Virus record (IMG/VR): IMGVR_UViG_3300010157_000005 | Span: 1 to 40,512 of that record | Source: a virus | Taxonomy: Duplodnaviria; Caudoviricetes | Reading direction: 5' to 3' (one strand) | DNA: 40,512 bases | Shown: one piece after another, positions 8,956 through 18,046 of the stretch | Layout of the letters: each line of letters opens with the position of its first letter | Numbering within the stretch: the stretch's first letter is position 1 | The notes under the pieces: generated by a model | Database searches by the model: none | What the model saw: only the letters and a program-made list of their open reading frames with translations | Told to the model about the DNA's origin: nothing | Program-made: the position numbers and the translations under genes

Positions 8956-9180
8956 CTATTGTACTTTGTCAGTAGGCGGTGTCAAATTTCTGACTGCTCT
9001 GGCTTGGTAAATCTTGTTGATAATTAAGTTTGTTTTGCACGGAAAACTACTTGCACATCCGTTACAAGATTTGTCGGCTTTATTAAATGTGTGAACACGC
9101 CTAATCTCTTGCAGGTAGTGGTTATAGTTCCACAGTAGTAACTCTAGGTAGGCAATTCGCTTTCGGTTTCTACGCCACAT
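8956..9180 (-). CDS. Small H-CxxC-PC Zn-binding protein
   Basis: RVH...CNGC...FPCKT. Confidence 0.6.
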   Translation of the reverse strand: MWRRNRKRIAYLELLLWNYNHYLQEIRRVHTFNKADKSCNGCASSFPCKTNLIINKIYQARAVRNLTPPTDKVQ

Positions 9181-9332
9181 TGTATCTCCTCAACAACAAC
9201 ATCAGTGTAGCCTTCTTCACGCCAATAAGTCGCTAAGTCTTTTGCTTTTGTGAGCGTGTCTATGTAGGTGCGATTAACTTCTACCGCACCAACCCAAACG
9301 CTGTACATTGTGGTTGTTGTTTGTTGTGTCAT
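9144..9332 (-). CDS. Hypothetical protein
   Basis: ATGA overlap with the upstream gene; YSVWVG...GYTDV. Confidence 0.65.
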   Translation of the reverse strand: MTQQTTTTMYSVWVGAVEVNRTYIDTLTKAKDLATYWREEGYTDVVVEEIQCGVETESELPT

Positions 9333-9580
9333 TTCTGCTCACCGTCTAACGCTTTGATAGTTGGGCATGGGTAAATGTGGTCACACCCTGCGCAGTCACC
9401 TGCGTCTAGGTATTCGTAATGCAACTCACGCACACGCTGGATTGAATTATTTGTTTTGCGGTCTTTATCTTCCGCCCAACCGTCTGTAAAGTCTTTAATT
9501 ACTTCTACAAAGATTGTGGTGATGGTCAATGTAATCATAACCAACAACCAACTTATGCAGTAATGAAATACTGTGTACAT
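9329..9580 (-). CDS. Membrane-anchored H-CxxC-PC Zn-binding protein (start ATG 9580)
   Basis: GGAGG RBS, N-terminal hydrophobic helix, RELH...CAGC...YPCPTIKAL. Confidence 0.7.
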   Translation of the reverse strand: MYTVFHYCISWLLVMITLTITTIFVEVIKDFTDGWAEDKDRKTNNSIQRVRELHYEYLDAGDCAGCDHIYPCPTIKALDGEQK

Positions 9581-9669
9581 TATTGTCCTCCTTGTTTTGC
9601 CGAGCATTGGCTACAATAAGTGCCGTCTTCGTCTTCCAACCACTCGTGTCGGATGCAGTAATTACTCAT
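9580..9669 (-). CDS. 29-aa CxxH/CxxC mini-protein (absent from ORF track)
   Basis: MSNYCIRHEWLEDEDGTYCSQCSAKQGGQ; ATGA and TAATG overlaps at its ends. Confidence 0.6.
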   Translation of the reverse strand: MSNYCIRHEWLEDEDGTYCSQCSAKQGGQ

Positions 9670-9875
9670 TTGTCTAAACCTCTTGTTGATTTCATAAACA
9701 TAAATGTTTGTGGGTAATCCAATGCCATTGAATTGTAGATTGGATTGTCCTCTTCGCTCAGGACTTTATGGCAATCAAATGGACAGTTATGTACTTCACT
9801 TACGCTTGACTGCCCAAGTTTGTAACTAATTAAAATGATTAGCGGAACACTAATCAGCAAGCAAATACTAAGCAT
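9666..9875 (-). CDS. Small membrane protein (start ATG 9875)
   Basis: GAGGAG RBS; N-terminal hydrophobic helix. Confidence 0.6.
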   Translation of the reverse strand: MLSICLLISVPLIILISYKLGQSSVSEVHNCPFDCHKVLSEEDNPIYNSMALDYPQTFMFMKSTRGLDK

Positions 9876-10296
9876 TTTGTAACTCCTCTGTTGCCCAGTA
9901 GTAGGGAATGTCGTTTGGCACAGCACCGAAGATTGGTGTGTAAATCTCGGGTGCTTTGCGAATTAAATTAGATTGGTGGCTAATGTGTATGCGTTCGTCA
10001 CCTAACCAAAGCGGATACTCTATCCGTGTACTGGGTAAGCGGTTAATAAAGCGTTCGGCAAGTGTGTCTTTGTAACCACGCTTAACCCACTCGTTGCACA
10101 TAATCAAGCCGTAAAACGCAAGTGCATCGGAATACCCACGCCACATTTTGGTTGCTGGGTGATTAACCCAACCTTTGGTCATACCGTCTAAGGCACGCAG
10201 AATTTGGTAGGTTTCTACACGCTGTTTGCCTAGTCGTTTGTAATCTAAAACTTCGGCACTTTTGCGGAAGTGAGAGTACGGTAGAAATGTTTGCAT
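9868..10296 (-). CDS. Pyrimidine-dimer DNA glycosylase (DenV / MSMEG_6728 family)
   Basis: MQTFLPY...LDYKRLGKQRVE...NHPATKMW...SHQSNL. Confidence 0.88.
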   Translation of the reverse strand: MQTFLPYSHFRKSAEVLDYKRLGKQRVETYQILRALDGMTKGWVNHPATKMWRGYSDALAFYGLIMCNEWVKRGYKDTLAERFINRLPSTRIEYPLWLGDERIHISHQSNLIRKAPEIYTPIFGAVPNDIPYYWATEELQNA

Positions 10297-10302
10297 TTGT
10301 TT

Positions 10303-10350
10303 TCTCCTTTGTTTGTTGGATTTTATCCTATGTTGTGTTGCTTGTATTGA
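10303..10350 (-). promoter_or_regulatory. Promoter (TAGGA-TAAAAT) and ACAAAGGAGA RBS of the glycosylase gene
   Basis: Same TAGG(A/T) plus -10 context as the other early promoters. Confidence 0.55.
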
Positions 10351-10478
10351 CTTTTAGCCAACAAGAATTGTTAGACAAAAAATCATTGTGTAGAACCAAG
10401 CGAGCATTCCTACTGCCCCAAGAAGCGATAGCACAAACTCACCGCGTGGTGTCCAATTCCAATTTTTCATTTTTACTC

Positions 10479-10904
10479 CTAGTAGTCCGTAAAGATAGTT
10501 TCTAGAATAAGTTGCTCGGGTGCACTAAATACATCACAGTAAGTAACTGCGTTCGTTAGCACTTGCTTGTAGGTTTCCCTATCGCTAATACTGTCTGGGT
10601 TAAGACCTAGATTTGTTGCCCAGTTCTCAAACCCAAGATTATCTATTAGTGTGTCCGTGTCGGCATAAAGCGAGTAAATGCAATCAGCAATAATTGGTGG
10701 TTGTTCCTTGCTCGCGTGTTGGTGGAAGTCAAAGCCGTAACATTGGTTATTGCGACTAAGTAGAACTCGGTAACTGCGAGTGTTTTTAATGCCCCAGTTA
10801 GGTTTAGCCCAACTTGGTGGATTTTCGTTTTCGCCCTCTGTAATTGTGTAGGCAATGTCTAACGACTTGAGTAGGTACTGAATTGCTAGAGTTTGATTTG
10901 TCAT
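10479..10904 (-). CDS. Hypothetical protein
   Basis: ACAAAGGAGA RBS. Confidence 0.8.
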   Translation of the reverse strand: MTNQTLAIQYLLKSLDIAYTITEGENENPPSWAKPNWGIKNTRSYRVLLSRNNQCYGFDFHQHASKEQPPIIADCIYSLYADTDTLIDNLGFENWATNLGLNPDSISDRETYKQVLTNAVTYCDVFSAPEQLILETIFTDY

Positions 10905-10924
10905 TTTCTTCTCCTTTGTTGGTA

Positions 10925-11137
10925 TTAACTAAGTCCAAAAACAAAACTAATTAAATCAGATTTGTTTGTGAACAACATTGGGTTGCCGTCAGGTTGTATG
11001 ACCTTGTTGCCGAAGACATCTAACTCCCACAGCATCCAAACCTTACGGCTTGGGTCGTACTGCATTATGTGGTTAGTGCCAATAAGTGTTTCCGAGTATG
11101 TGCGTGGTGCTTTTTCGTCACCGAAGTAAAGTCGCAT
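10925..11137 (-). CDS. Hypothetical protein
   Basis: AAGGAGA RBS. Confidence 0.75.
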   Translation of the reverse strand: MRLYFGDEKAPRTYSETLIGTNHIMQYDPSRKVWMLWELDVFGNKVIQPDGNPMLFTNKSDLISFVFGLS

Positions 11138-11148
11138 CTGATTTCTCC

Positions 11149-11589
11149 TTAGATGATTGTTGTAATGTCGCGTGATGTGCCATTGTTTTTTAGTTCGCTG
11201 GCATCTAACTGAATGAAAATGTTAAGCCCAGCAAGTGGACCGCCCCACCATTTGTCGTTTGGTACACCGATTAGTCCAGGACTGCAAGGGCAGTCGCAAC
11301 CTGCGTACTGTGACCAAGATAATTTGTAGTCTGATTCCAAGCCGAGCGATTGCAATACTCGTTGAGCGATTGCCTTGTATGTTTTGGTTGGGCGTGTTGT
11401 GCGGTTCTGCAAGTTTTCCAAAACAGTTTCGTTTGCAATACTGATGTAGATGCGTGGTCGCATTTTGTTTTTACCGTAACGACCAGTGTAAGCATCGTTG
11501 TTGCGAGCGATACCAATGCGTGCTTCGTGTGATTGTCCGTCTACAAAAATTGTCTGTGTTTGGACTTTTGAGGTTGTGATTTCTAACAT
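11149..11589 (-). CDS. Hypothetical early protein (WSQYAGCDCPCSPG)
   Basis: Strong RBS behind a promoter-hairpin cassette. Confidence 0.8.
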   Translation of the reverse strand: MLEITTSKVQTQTIFVDGQSHEARIGIARNNDAYTGRYGKNKMRPRIYISIANETVLENLQNRTTRPTKTYKAIAQRVLQSLGLESDYKLSWSQYAGCDCPCSPGLIGVPNDKWWGGPLAGLNIFIQLDASELKNNGTSRDITTII

Positions 11590-11595
11590 TTTATT

Positions 11596-11665
11596 TCTCC
11601 TTTGTTTGGTGGCTTCTTACGCCGTTGATAAAACTATAACCTATGCTCTGACAAGAGTGTGCCAA
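11596..11665 (-). promoter_or_regulatory. Early promoter + leader hairpin + RBS, copy A
   Basis: TAGGT-TATAGT (-10 at 11633-38), 8 nt, CGGC-GTAAGAA-GCCA (11610-24), ACAAAGGAGA. Confidence 0.8.
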
Positions 11666-11803
11666 TTCTGCAAATTATTTTATTTTTTTTTAAGACAGAT
11701 AGAGAACCGCAAAATCTGTGTGATGAAACATACCGCCTTTTTGTCTACGGTTGATAGCGTGTCATCTAGAACCCTGCATTATGGCTGTATCTAGGGCTAA
11801 CAT

Positions 11804-11828
11804 AAGAAAAGGGTGGTTTCCCACCCTC
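11804..11828 (-). terminator. Intrinsic terminator
   Basis: GAGGGUGG-GAAA-CCACCCUU-UUCUU after the stop at 11842. Confidence 0.75.
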
Positions 11829-11841
11829 AACTTATTTACGA

Positions 11842-12666
11842 TTACAAGATAACCGCCTTGGCTGGGCGTTTGCCGAAAGCAAATAATTTGTCGGAATCCG
11901 AGCGAGTTAAGGTTGCGGTTACGCGGATGCGGTCAGTTACTTCTGGGTAAACATTGCTTGGTTCTGTCATCCAAACTGTCCAGCCTTCGTCTGACTTAAT
12001 TGTGATTTTGTATGAACCACCAAAGTCTGATTCGTGCCATTTGCGACTAACGATTGTGCCTGTGATTTCTACCCGACCTTCGGGTGCAATTACACCTGCC
12101 GCTTCAAGAGCAATTTTCTCGGCTGCCCAAACTGCTTGCTTGGCTTTGCGTTCATCAGCCTTTGGCATTGCTTTAATAACTGCTTCTATTTGGCGGTCAC
12201 TTAAAATGCCAGTTTGTAGGAAGCGGTTATTTATGTCCGAGATAAAACTGTCATCTTCGTAGCGAACCATGTTGCCAAGTTCTGGGTAATCGGCAAGTAA
12301 CTTTTGGATGCGTTCCTGAAGTGTTGCACGCTCACGATTTAGACGACCTTGTTCGCGTAGTTCTTGGAACTCTGCTTTTGAGAGTGCATCAAAGCGATTG
12401 TCTAGGCAGTCCTCGCCGACAGCAATAAATTCTTTTACGCCGTGATGAACCATTAATGCAAAGAACTTAATGCGTGCTCCGCAGTGACCACATTGTGATG
12501 AGCCGTGAGCACCAAACTTGTAACCTTGGTCAATGAGTTTGTTAATTACTTGCTTAAACGCCATAAGCGAACCTGCCATCTCGTGAGCATAAATGCCCAT
12601 AAAACTGTATGCCTGTGGGTCAAAGTCTGGACTTGAAGGGCGGTGGATGTCGGTGCGTGTTGTCAT
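11842..12666 (-). CDS. Hypothetical early protein (CxxC...C Zn site, C-terminal OB-fold-like domain)
   Basis: CGHCG...VGEDC; GRVEITGTIVSRK...F(G)KRP. Confidence 0.8.
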   Translation of the reverse strand: MTTRTDIHRPSSPDFDPQAYSFMGIYAHEMAGSLMAFKQVINKLIDQGYKFGAHGSSQCGHCGARIKFFALMVHHGVKEFIAVGEDCLDNRFDALSKAEFQELREQGRLNRERATLQERIQKLLADYPELGNMVRYEDDSFISDINNRFLQTGILSDRQIEAVIKAMPKADERKAKQAVWAAEKIALEAAGVIAPEGRVEITGTIVSRKWHESDFGGSYKITIKSDEGWTVWMTEPSNVYPEVTDRIRVTATLTRSDSDKLFAFGKRPAKAVIL

Positions 12667-12673
12667 TTGATTT

Positions 12674-12760
12674 TCTCCTTTGTTTGCGGGTTCTTACCCC
12701 GATAGAAAAACTATAACCTAATTTAGTTGTTTTTGTACACTTTTCTACAAACTATTTTTC
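12674..12760 (-). promoter_or_regulatory. Early promoter + leader hairpin + RBS, copy B
   Basis: TGTACA-N18-TATAGT, 8 nt, CGGG-GTAAGAA-CCCG (12687-701), ACAAAGGAGA. Confidence 0.85.
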
Positions 12761-13102
12761 TAAGGCTAGTTTTTTGTTTAGTTGTAACAGAAATCTAATC
12801 AAAACTTTTTATGCCTAGCCTAGATTTGGTTACATTTTCAACAAAAGGTACGGAAGCACAACTGGCTTGTTACAGCCATAAGGGTACAAAAGTACAACAA
12901 CGCCATACACACTACAAACTTGTTAATCGGTTAGCAGGTTGCTCGTGTTACTAACCATTTGTAATGTTCGCATTTTGAAACCCATACAAAGCGTGAGTCG
13001 TAATGCTCGCTACTGGGAAGCACCCAGCAGAACCCTATCACCCTCTGACGGCTAACCTCGCGAGCAAAGCGTAGGCAATAGTTTTACAACTTGTTGTGGT
13101 TG

Positions 13103-13495
13103 TTATTTAGTTTTATGTTCTTCCGCGAGTTCGTTCATCAGTCTTGATGCTTCTTCTGCTGGGATTTTTTCCGCCATAATTCTACGAACCAGTGCGTGCC
13201 GTGCAGCAATTAACTCGGGTGAAACCTTATCAAACTTTTCTACTTCTGTTTTGACTTTTCTAACCTTTTTTACAAACGCTGGTTGTTCAGCAATTTGTGT
13301 TAAGCGATAGACGGCGTAACCTGCTGGGTTTGCACTGTTTTGGTAATTGGAACTACATACGGCTTTGGCTAAATCCTGTGCTTCCCACTTGTTCTTCCAA
13401 GCGACACGCAAAGCATTTAGGATTTTGTCATTAACCAAGTCTGGTCGTAACTCTGGTGGCAAGTTTTCCAAGTAGGTAACTACATAGGGATGCAC
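13103..13495 (-). CDS. Hypothetical helical protein (possibly replication-related)
   Basis: GGAGG RBS plus GTG; precedes the large non-coding gap; function is a guess. Confidence 0.7.
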   Translation of the reverse strand: MHPYVVTYLENLPPELRPDLVNDKILNALRVAWKNKWEAQDLAKAVCSSNYQNSANPAGYAVYRLTQIAEQPAFVKKVRKVKTEVEKFDKVSPELIAARHALVRRIMAEKIPAEEASRLMNELAEEHKTK

Positions 13496-13503
13496 TTGTC
13501 CTC

Positions 13504-13764
13504 CTAATCTTTGCTAAAAAACTCTTTTCTTTCTTGGGCAGTTAATCCGCCCCACATACCAAACTTTTCGTTATTTTTAAGTGCCCACTTTAGGCAGTCT
13601 TTTTGTTCAACACAAGCAAAGCAAAGTTCTCTAGCCTTGCGGATGTGTCGTGGATTTGGACTAACCGAGTCAGCAGAGAAGAACCACTCGGGGTCCACAT
13701 CTTTGTCAGCACAAAGTGGGTTGCTGAACTGTGGTGCACCTCTAAGCCAGAACGGAGTAGTCAT
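13504..13764 (-). CDS. whiB: WhiB-family transcription factor (start ATG 13764)
   Basis: C...DPEWFF...CFAC-x5-C...GMWGG, i.e. four Cys plus the GxWGG turn. Confidence 0.95.
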   Translation of the reverse strand: MTTPFWLRGAPQFSNPLCADKDVDPEWFFSADSVSPNPRHIRKARELCFACVEQKDCLKWALKNNEKFGMWGGLTAQERKEFFSKD

Positions 13765-13796
13765 ACACCACAGTTTGCCACAAATAACTTGATTGT

Positions 13797-14084
13797 TTAG
13801 TTTTGGCTCGCCCAAAGTGGCGGTGACCAAGTATCGCCACGGCGTTCCCTAAATGCAAGCCTAGCCTTATCGCCACCAACAGTAATTAAATACTGCCCAT
13901 CTGGGATAAAGCCGTCTCCATCTGCTTCTACGACATAGGTTGAGGGTTCCAACACGCTGTCGGTGAGTATGTTTTGCAAACGCTTGATTACATAATCCAA
14001 CTCAACTTGGACAGTCTTTGGGAGTGTGGAATTGTGATTACACTCATCCACAAACTCCTGTAACATTTTCTTCATTTCAGCCAT
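13797..14084 (-). CDS. Hypothetical protein
   Basis: TAATG-coupled; LAFR...TWSPP. Confidence 0.7.
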   Translation of the reverse strand: MAEMKKMLQEFVDECNHNSTLPKTVQVELDYVIKRLQNILTDSVLEPSTYVVEADGDGFIPDGQYLITVGGDKARLAFRERRGDTWSPPLWASQN

Positions 14085-14275
14085 TACTGTTTTCCTTTTT
14101 CTTGTTGCAGGATTCTATCCCACTTTGTTTCCACCATAACACCGTGTTGTGCTATGGCTTTTATTGTTTCGCAGGGATACAAAGTTATGCACCGCCTACA
14201 CTCAACAAACCGTTTGTATTTTATTGGGCTATGAATTTCCATAACACTCAAGATTGCTTGCTTGTACTTGCTCAC
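14084..14275 (-). CDS. Small H-CxxC-PC Zn-binding protein
   Basis: EIH...CRRC...YPCETIKAI. Confidence 0.7.
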   Translation of the reverse strand: MSKYKQAILSVMEIHSPIKYKRFVECRRCITLYPCETIKAIAQHGVMVETKWDRILQQEKGKQ

Positions 14276-15165
14276 TTAATTGTTAGTCTTTCGTAGCCGT
14301 TACCTTGCTTCTTTGGCACATACCCGAGAAGTTTTTGCACCGCTTCCTCATCAACACTTTGGCGACCAGCAAGTTGTGACCATTTGATACTAATACCTTG
14401 CGGTGTCACTCCTGTCGTTCCCTTTAGTGCTTCTTTTAAGAAGTCAAGTTCCTGTCCGACTTTCTTGGATTGCTCTTGTAGTGACTTGTACTGCACTAGA
14501 AGTTGTATAACTTCATCGTTGGTAATTTCTTGCTGTGTATTTTCTGGCAAGCCATCGCAGGTTCCGTAAAATTCGCAGAACCGTTTGCAAAATGACTGCT
14601 CTTTTTCTGGCTCTGGAATTGCGAAAGATGTTTTAACATTTTCAAGTCGTGCCAGATAAGCCAACGCTTTGTCTTCGTCATAAGCACAGGTAACCTCAAT
14701 AATGTCGTTTTCGTTTCCGTCACGAGGTATGCCAACCAAGCCAAGCGTAGTAATTTCGTAACCGCAGTTATTTGCTAACCAACCGTACACTTGCAACTGG
14801 GCAATTTGACCCTCGTTGCCAAAGAAACCAGAACCAGCCTTTGTGATTGTTTTCCAATCCCAGATAGTTTTGCCTTGCACATCTAATAGGTCCACATGAC
14901 CTGTCAGACCATTGTGCGTTAGTTCCACTTCGGTTAGGTAGTTTTCATCACCACTAAAAGCAACTTCAATAGCGGTGTGGATAGAGGTTCCCATAATTGC
15001 CGCCAACCGTGATGTTCCTGTGTTGGTTGGCTTAACAGCATTAAGTCTGTACCAAAGCCTACGCTGGCATCCACCAATTTCACTTGGACCAACATTAACT
15101 TGTGTGGTTCTTGCTCGCTTGCTGTCTTCGGTAATTAACTTTTCAACTAAAATTTCTTTAATCAT
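14272..15165 (-). CDS. Cas4/RecB-like PD-(D/E)XK exonuclease
   Basis: GPSEIGGCQRR, GTSIH, GHVD...DWKT, QLQVY, CKRFCEFYGTC. Confidence 0.9.
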   Translation of the reverse strand: MIKEILVEKLITEDSKRARTTQVNVGPSEIGGCQRRLWYRLNAVKPTNTGTSRLAAIMGTSIHTAIEVAFSGDENYLTEVELTHNGLTGHVDLLDVQGKTIWDWKTITKAGSGFFGNEGQIAQLQVYGWLANNCGYEITTLGLVGIPRDGNENDIIEVTCAYDEDKALAYLARLENVKTSFAIPEPEKEQSFCKRFCEFYGTCDGLPENTQQEITNDEVIQLLVQYKSLQEQSKKVGQELDFLKEALKGTTGVTPQGISIKWSQLAGRQSVDEEAVQKLLGYVPKKQGNGYERLTIK

Positions 15166-15403
15166 TTAACACCAACCGAAGTTTTGGGCTGTTAGCAATT
15201 TCGCTAACCTCGTTGTCTAGGACTTCCTCAACATAATCGTTCTTTTCAATTTGCTCTAGGAAGTAAGACCACTCTTCATCTGTCGCTTCCCTTTGAAGAA
15301 CTGTGTCTAACTCCTCCCGAGCAAACCAAACAACATAAATCTCTTCGTCTTGTTTGTAGTGCTTTTGTAGTGTTTCCACTATGTCCTTTACTTGCATTTT
15401 CAT
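15158..15403 (-). CDS. Hypothetical acidic protein (start ATG 15403)
   Basis: Operon-coupled ORF. Confidence 0.7.
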   Translation of the reverse strand: MKMQVKDIVETLQKHYKQDEEIYVVWFAREELDTVLQREATDEEWSYFLEQIEKNDYVEEVLDNEVSEIANSPKLRLVLND

Positions 15404-15416
15404 TTGTTTCTCTTTT

Positions 15417-15767
15417 CTATAATTCCAACGCACTTCGTACGCTGGTTCCGACACTACGAGCAATGTCCACTTGTGTTTTTAGCATAAATGCTTTGCCCCT
15501 AGATGCTTTTACTTTTGCTTCCGCTATCGCAAGATTGCGGACTTGTTCTTCGCAGATAAGCGTGGCTCTATCCTCGCAGTCCTGAACGGTTGTCTTTGTT
15601 GTTCTGCGTATCATTAGCCGAGCCTTTGCAATTGCAAGTTCATAATCAGTCCTAGCAGTTAGGTATTCCGTTTCCGCTTCGTCAAGTTGCGTTTGTGTGT
15701 CTTCAATTTGCTTGGACAACCAAACAAGTTTTTGCTCAACATCACTTGGCGTTATCGGTTGGTTCAT
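15417..15767 (-). CDS. Coiled-coil hypothetical protein (start ATG 15767)
   Basis: Heptad-rich; lies between SSAP and exonuclease. Confidence 0.7.
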   Translation of the reverse strand: MNQPITPSDVEQKLVWLSKQIEDTQTQLDEAETEYLTARTDYELAIAKARLMIRRTTKTTVQDCEDRATLICEEQVRNLAIAEAKVKASRGKAFMLKTQVDIARSVGTSVRSALEL

Positions 15768-15851
15768 TTTAATACCAAGTCCTGACAAGTTTTACAACCA
15801 TTAGATTTGTACATCCAACCGCCACAAAATTTGCACCGACAAATCTGTTCA

Positions 15852-16376
15852 TCAAGATTCAACATTGTTCTGCTTAATTAAATCCACAAATGTTTGTACA
15901 ACACTCATACCAATCAAACAAATTGGGTTATCGCAATCTATCGGATTAGTTTTGCACTCGTGTTGCTGAAAATAATTTAGAACCTCATCAGCAATCTGAT
16001 TACGCAATTGTTGCTCGGACTTCTTGCTTGTAGATGTGCGACCATGCGGTGATGTAGCACGACCGTGCACAAACCGAGGTAATACATAAACCGAACACTT
16101 ATTCCGCGTTTCCGTTAATCTGCTAATCTTTTCAGCCTTGTGCAGAACACTTAGAACGGAAGAGGACTGACCGTGATGCCAACCCATCTTGTCGCATAAC
16201 TCTTTCCAAGTAATTCCAAATGTGCCAACATGGTCTAACAGCCCCCAAACAATCATTTGTCGGTTAAAGGTTGTGCCGTTTTTGTCTTCGCTTAATGCTC
16301 GGGCTTGTGATGCAGTAGAACCAGACCAACCACTATTAGGTTCGCCACCGCCATAAGGTAAATACGGATTAGTCAT
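15852..16376 (-). CDS. Putative winged-helix DNA-binding protein
   Basis: GITWKEL...WHHGQSSSVLSVLHK...R...VYV. Confidence 0.65.
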   Translation of the reverse strand: MTNPYLPYGGGEPNSGWSGSTASQARALSEDKNGTTFNRQMIVWGLLDHVGTFGITWKELCDKMGWHHGQSSSVLSVLHKAEKISRLTETRNKCSVYVLPRFVHGRATSPHGRTSTSKKSEQQLRNQIADEVLNYFQQHECKTNPIDCDNPICLIGMSVVQTFVDLIKQNNVES

Positions 16377-16956
16377 TGTTTTTCTCCGTTGCTAACTTCT
16401 TGACTTTGGTAACAACCTCTTGGACTGTCGGATTTTCTAGGTACTCCTTGCGAAGCATAATTATTGAACGCAAAGACTTGCCGTCAATTTTTTCATCCAA
16501 CAAATCCGAGTGGGTACTCCACAAAGTTTTCAGAGCATCTAAGTTTTCCGCTTCAGCAACATCAGCAACTGCGGTACTTAAAGTTGTTTGGATTTCTTCT
16601 TCGGACATTTGTTTCTTGGCGGATGCGTTAGCAACCTTTTGCATTTCTTCCCTGCTTGGTCGCTTGCCACGAGTAGCGAAACCACCGTTAGCCAACGCAC
16701 GACCAATAGCGGAAGTTTCGCAGTTTTCTAGGGCGGATGTTTTGTTAACCATACCCTGATTTACTCGTTCTTCTGCATAACCAGTAGCGAACGGATGTGT
16801 ATCGTCAAGACTGCGGTAAATGCTTGCGAACACAATGAAACGAACATCACCCTCTACTAAGAGTTCAGTAGAGATGCGACCGTCTGGATACTTGACCCAG
16901 AATTTGTCAATACGAGTTTCTACGGTTTCGTAGTCCTCTAAATTGAAGTGTGCCAT
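16369..16956 (-). CDS. Rad52/Sak-like ssDNA-annealing protein
   Basis: YETVETRI...ATGYAEE...SALENCETSAIGRALA; near exonuclease gene. Confidence 0.7.
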   Translation of the reverse strand: MAHFNLEDYETVETRIDKFWVKYPDGRISTELLVEGDVRFIVFASIYRSLDDTHPFATGYAEERVNQGMVNKTSALENCETSAIGRALANGGFATRGKRPSREEMQKVANASAKKQMSEEEIQTTLSTAVADVAEAENLDALKTLWSTHSDLLDEKIDGKSLRSIIMLRKEYLENPTVQEVVTKVKKLATEKNND

Positions 16957-16959
16957 AAC

Positions 16960-17035
16960 TTGCCTTCCTGTTTAGTATCGGGAGCGGATTTTACTCCGCC
17001 CCCGATTGGTTGATTTTATCCTAGGGTTAGGACAT
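16960..17035 (-). promoter_or_regulatory. Promoter with long leader hairpin (variant copy F)
   Basis: TAGGA-TAAAAT (-10 at 17013-18), then 12-bp stem AUCGGGGGCGGA-GUAAAA-UCCGCUCCCGAU (16977-17006). Confidence 0.7.
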
Positions 17036-17041
17036 TTTTCG

Positions 17042-18046
17042 TTAAACTGCCAAAAGAGTTTTTAGTGCTTTGTTAGTGACAGCGTGATTTGCATTTTCAA
17101 TTGTGCGTTCTGCTCGGCGAGCATCCTTGTCCTTGCCCTTAACTGGTGACATCCAATCAAAGTATTCAACGACTGCGTTGTACGCCGCCCAACGAGTGTC
17201 AGCAATGTTTGCCTGTGTTTGTGCGTGCCACAAGCCCATAAGTTCAGATTTCAGATTTTCGTTCTGGGTTACTGCCTTATTTGTTGCTTCGGTCTTGGTG
17301 ACGGTGACAGGGAATTGGAAGTCAATGAACTGCTTGAACCCTGTCCGAGTCATTGGAGTGCTAATTAACTCATTTGAGATTTCCTCAAACTCATCCATGT
17401 ACTGCCAAGACAAAGCCAATGCCTGTCGTGCATCCTCTAAACGACCATCCATCGTTTGGTTGTGTCGCAACCGCCATTGGAACTTAGCATTACGACTGAT
17501 TGCACGGATTTGGTTTGTGCAAGCAAAGCGGATGCTTGTGATGCTGGCAATTAGTGGCTCTGTGCCATCGTGGGTATTGGTAACCAATAGGTAGTTCTTA
17601 ACCAAGTCCTGCCCACCGACTAGGATTTCGCGTGGCAGTTCCATAGCAACGAATACCTTGCGACCACCAGCAAGCGAACCTGCGGCAGAAAACTTAGCAT
17701 CGCCGTCATCAACAAGAGCGTTGCACAGAGAAAATGCTTCGCTGTTTTGTACCAAGTGGTAGCGGTTACCAACAACACCAAGTGCTTTTGGACCGAGTTC
17801 AGGATGATTGCGGACTACTGCAAACTTGTCAGGTACAACAATGTTGCTTACTCCGCTTTCGCTAATTACGGATGTTGTTAGTTCGTTCTTGCTGACAGTC
17901 CAGTTAAGACCGCCGAGTGTTAGTGCTTCCTCTGCTGTTACTGCCTGAGAAGCATCCATACCAATTGTGCCCCAAGATGGGACACGCCATTGAGCAGATT
18001 TCTGCCCAACCTTTTCTGCGTAATCTACGCTTTCGTTGTTACTCAT
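17042..18046 (-). CDS. DUF932-family protein (start ATG 18046)
   Basis: GLNWTV...LGVVGNRY..VQN...AGSLAGGRKVF...NTHDG...IRFACTN...TRWAAYNAVVEY. Confidence 0.88.
   Translation of the reverse strand: MSNNESVDYAEKVGQKSAQWRVPSWGTIGMDASQAVTAEEALTLGGLNWTVSKNELTTSVISESGVSNIVVPDKFAVVRNHPELGPKALGVVGNRYHLVQNSEAFSLCNALVDDGDAKFSAAGSLAGGRKVFVAMELPREILVGGQDLVKNYLLVTNTHDGTEPLIASITSIRFACTNQIRAISRNAKFQWRLRHNQTMDGRLEDARQALALSWQYMDEFEEISNELISTPMTRTGFKQFIDFQFPVTVTKTEATNKAVTQNENLKSELMGLWHAQTQANIADTRWAAYNAVVEYFDWMSPVKGKDKDARRAERTIENANHAVTNKALKTLLAV

Noticed and set aside
14272-15165. Cas4-like gene as part of a CRISPR system
   Set aside because: No repeat-spacer array or other cas genes seen; it sits with SSAP as an ordinary recombination exonuclease
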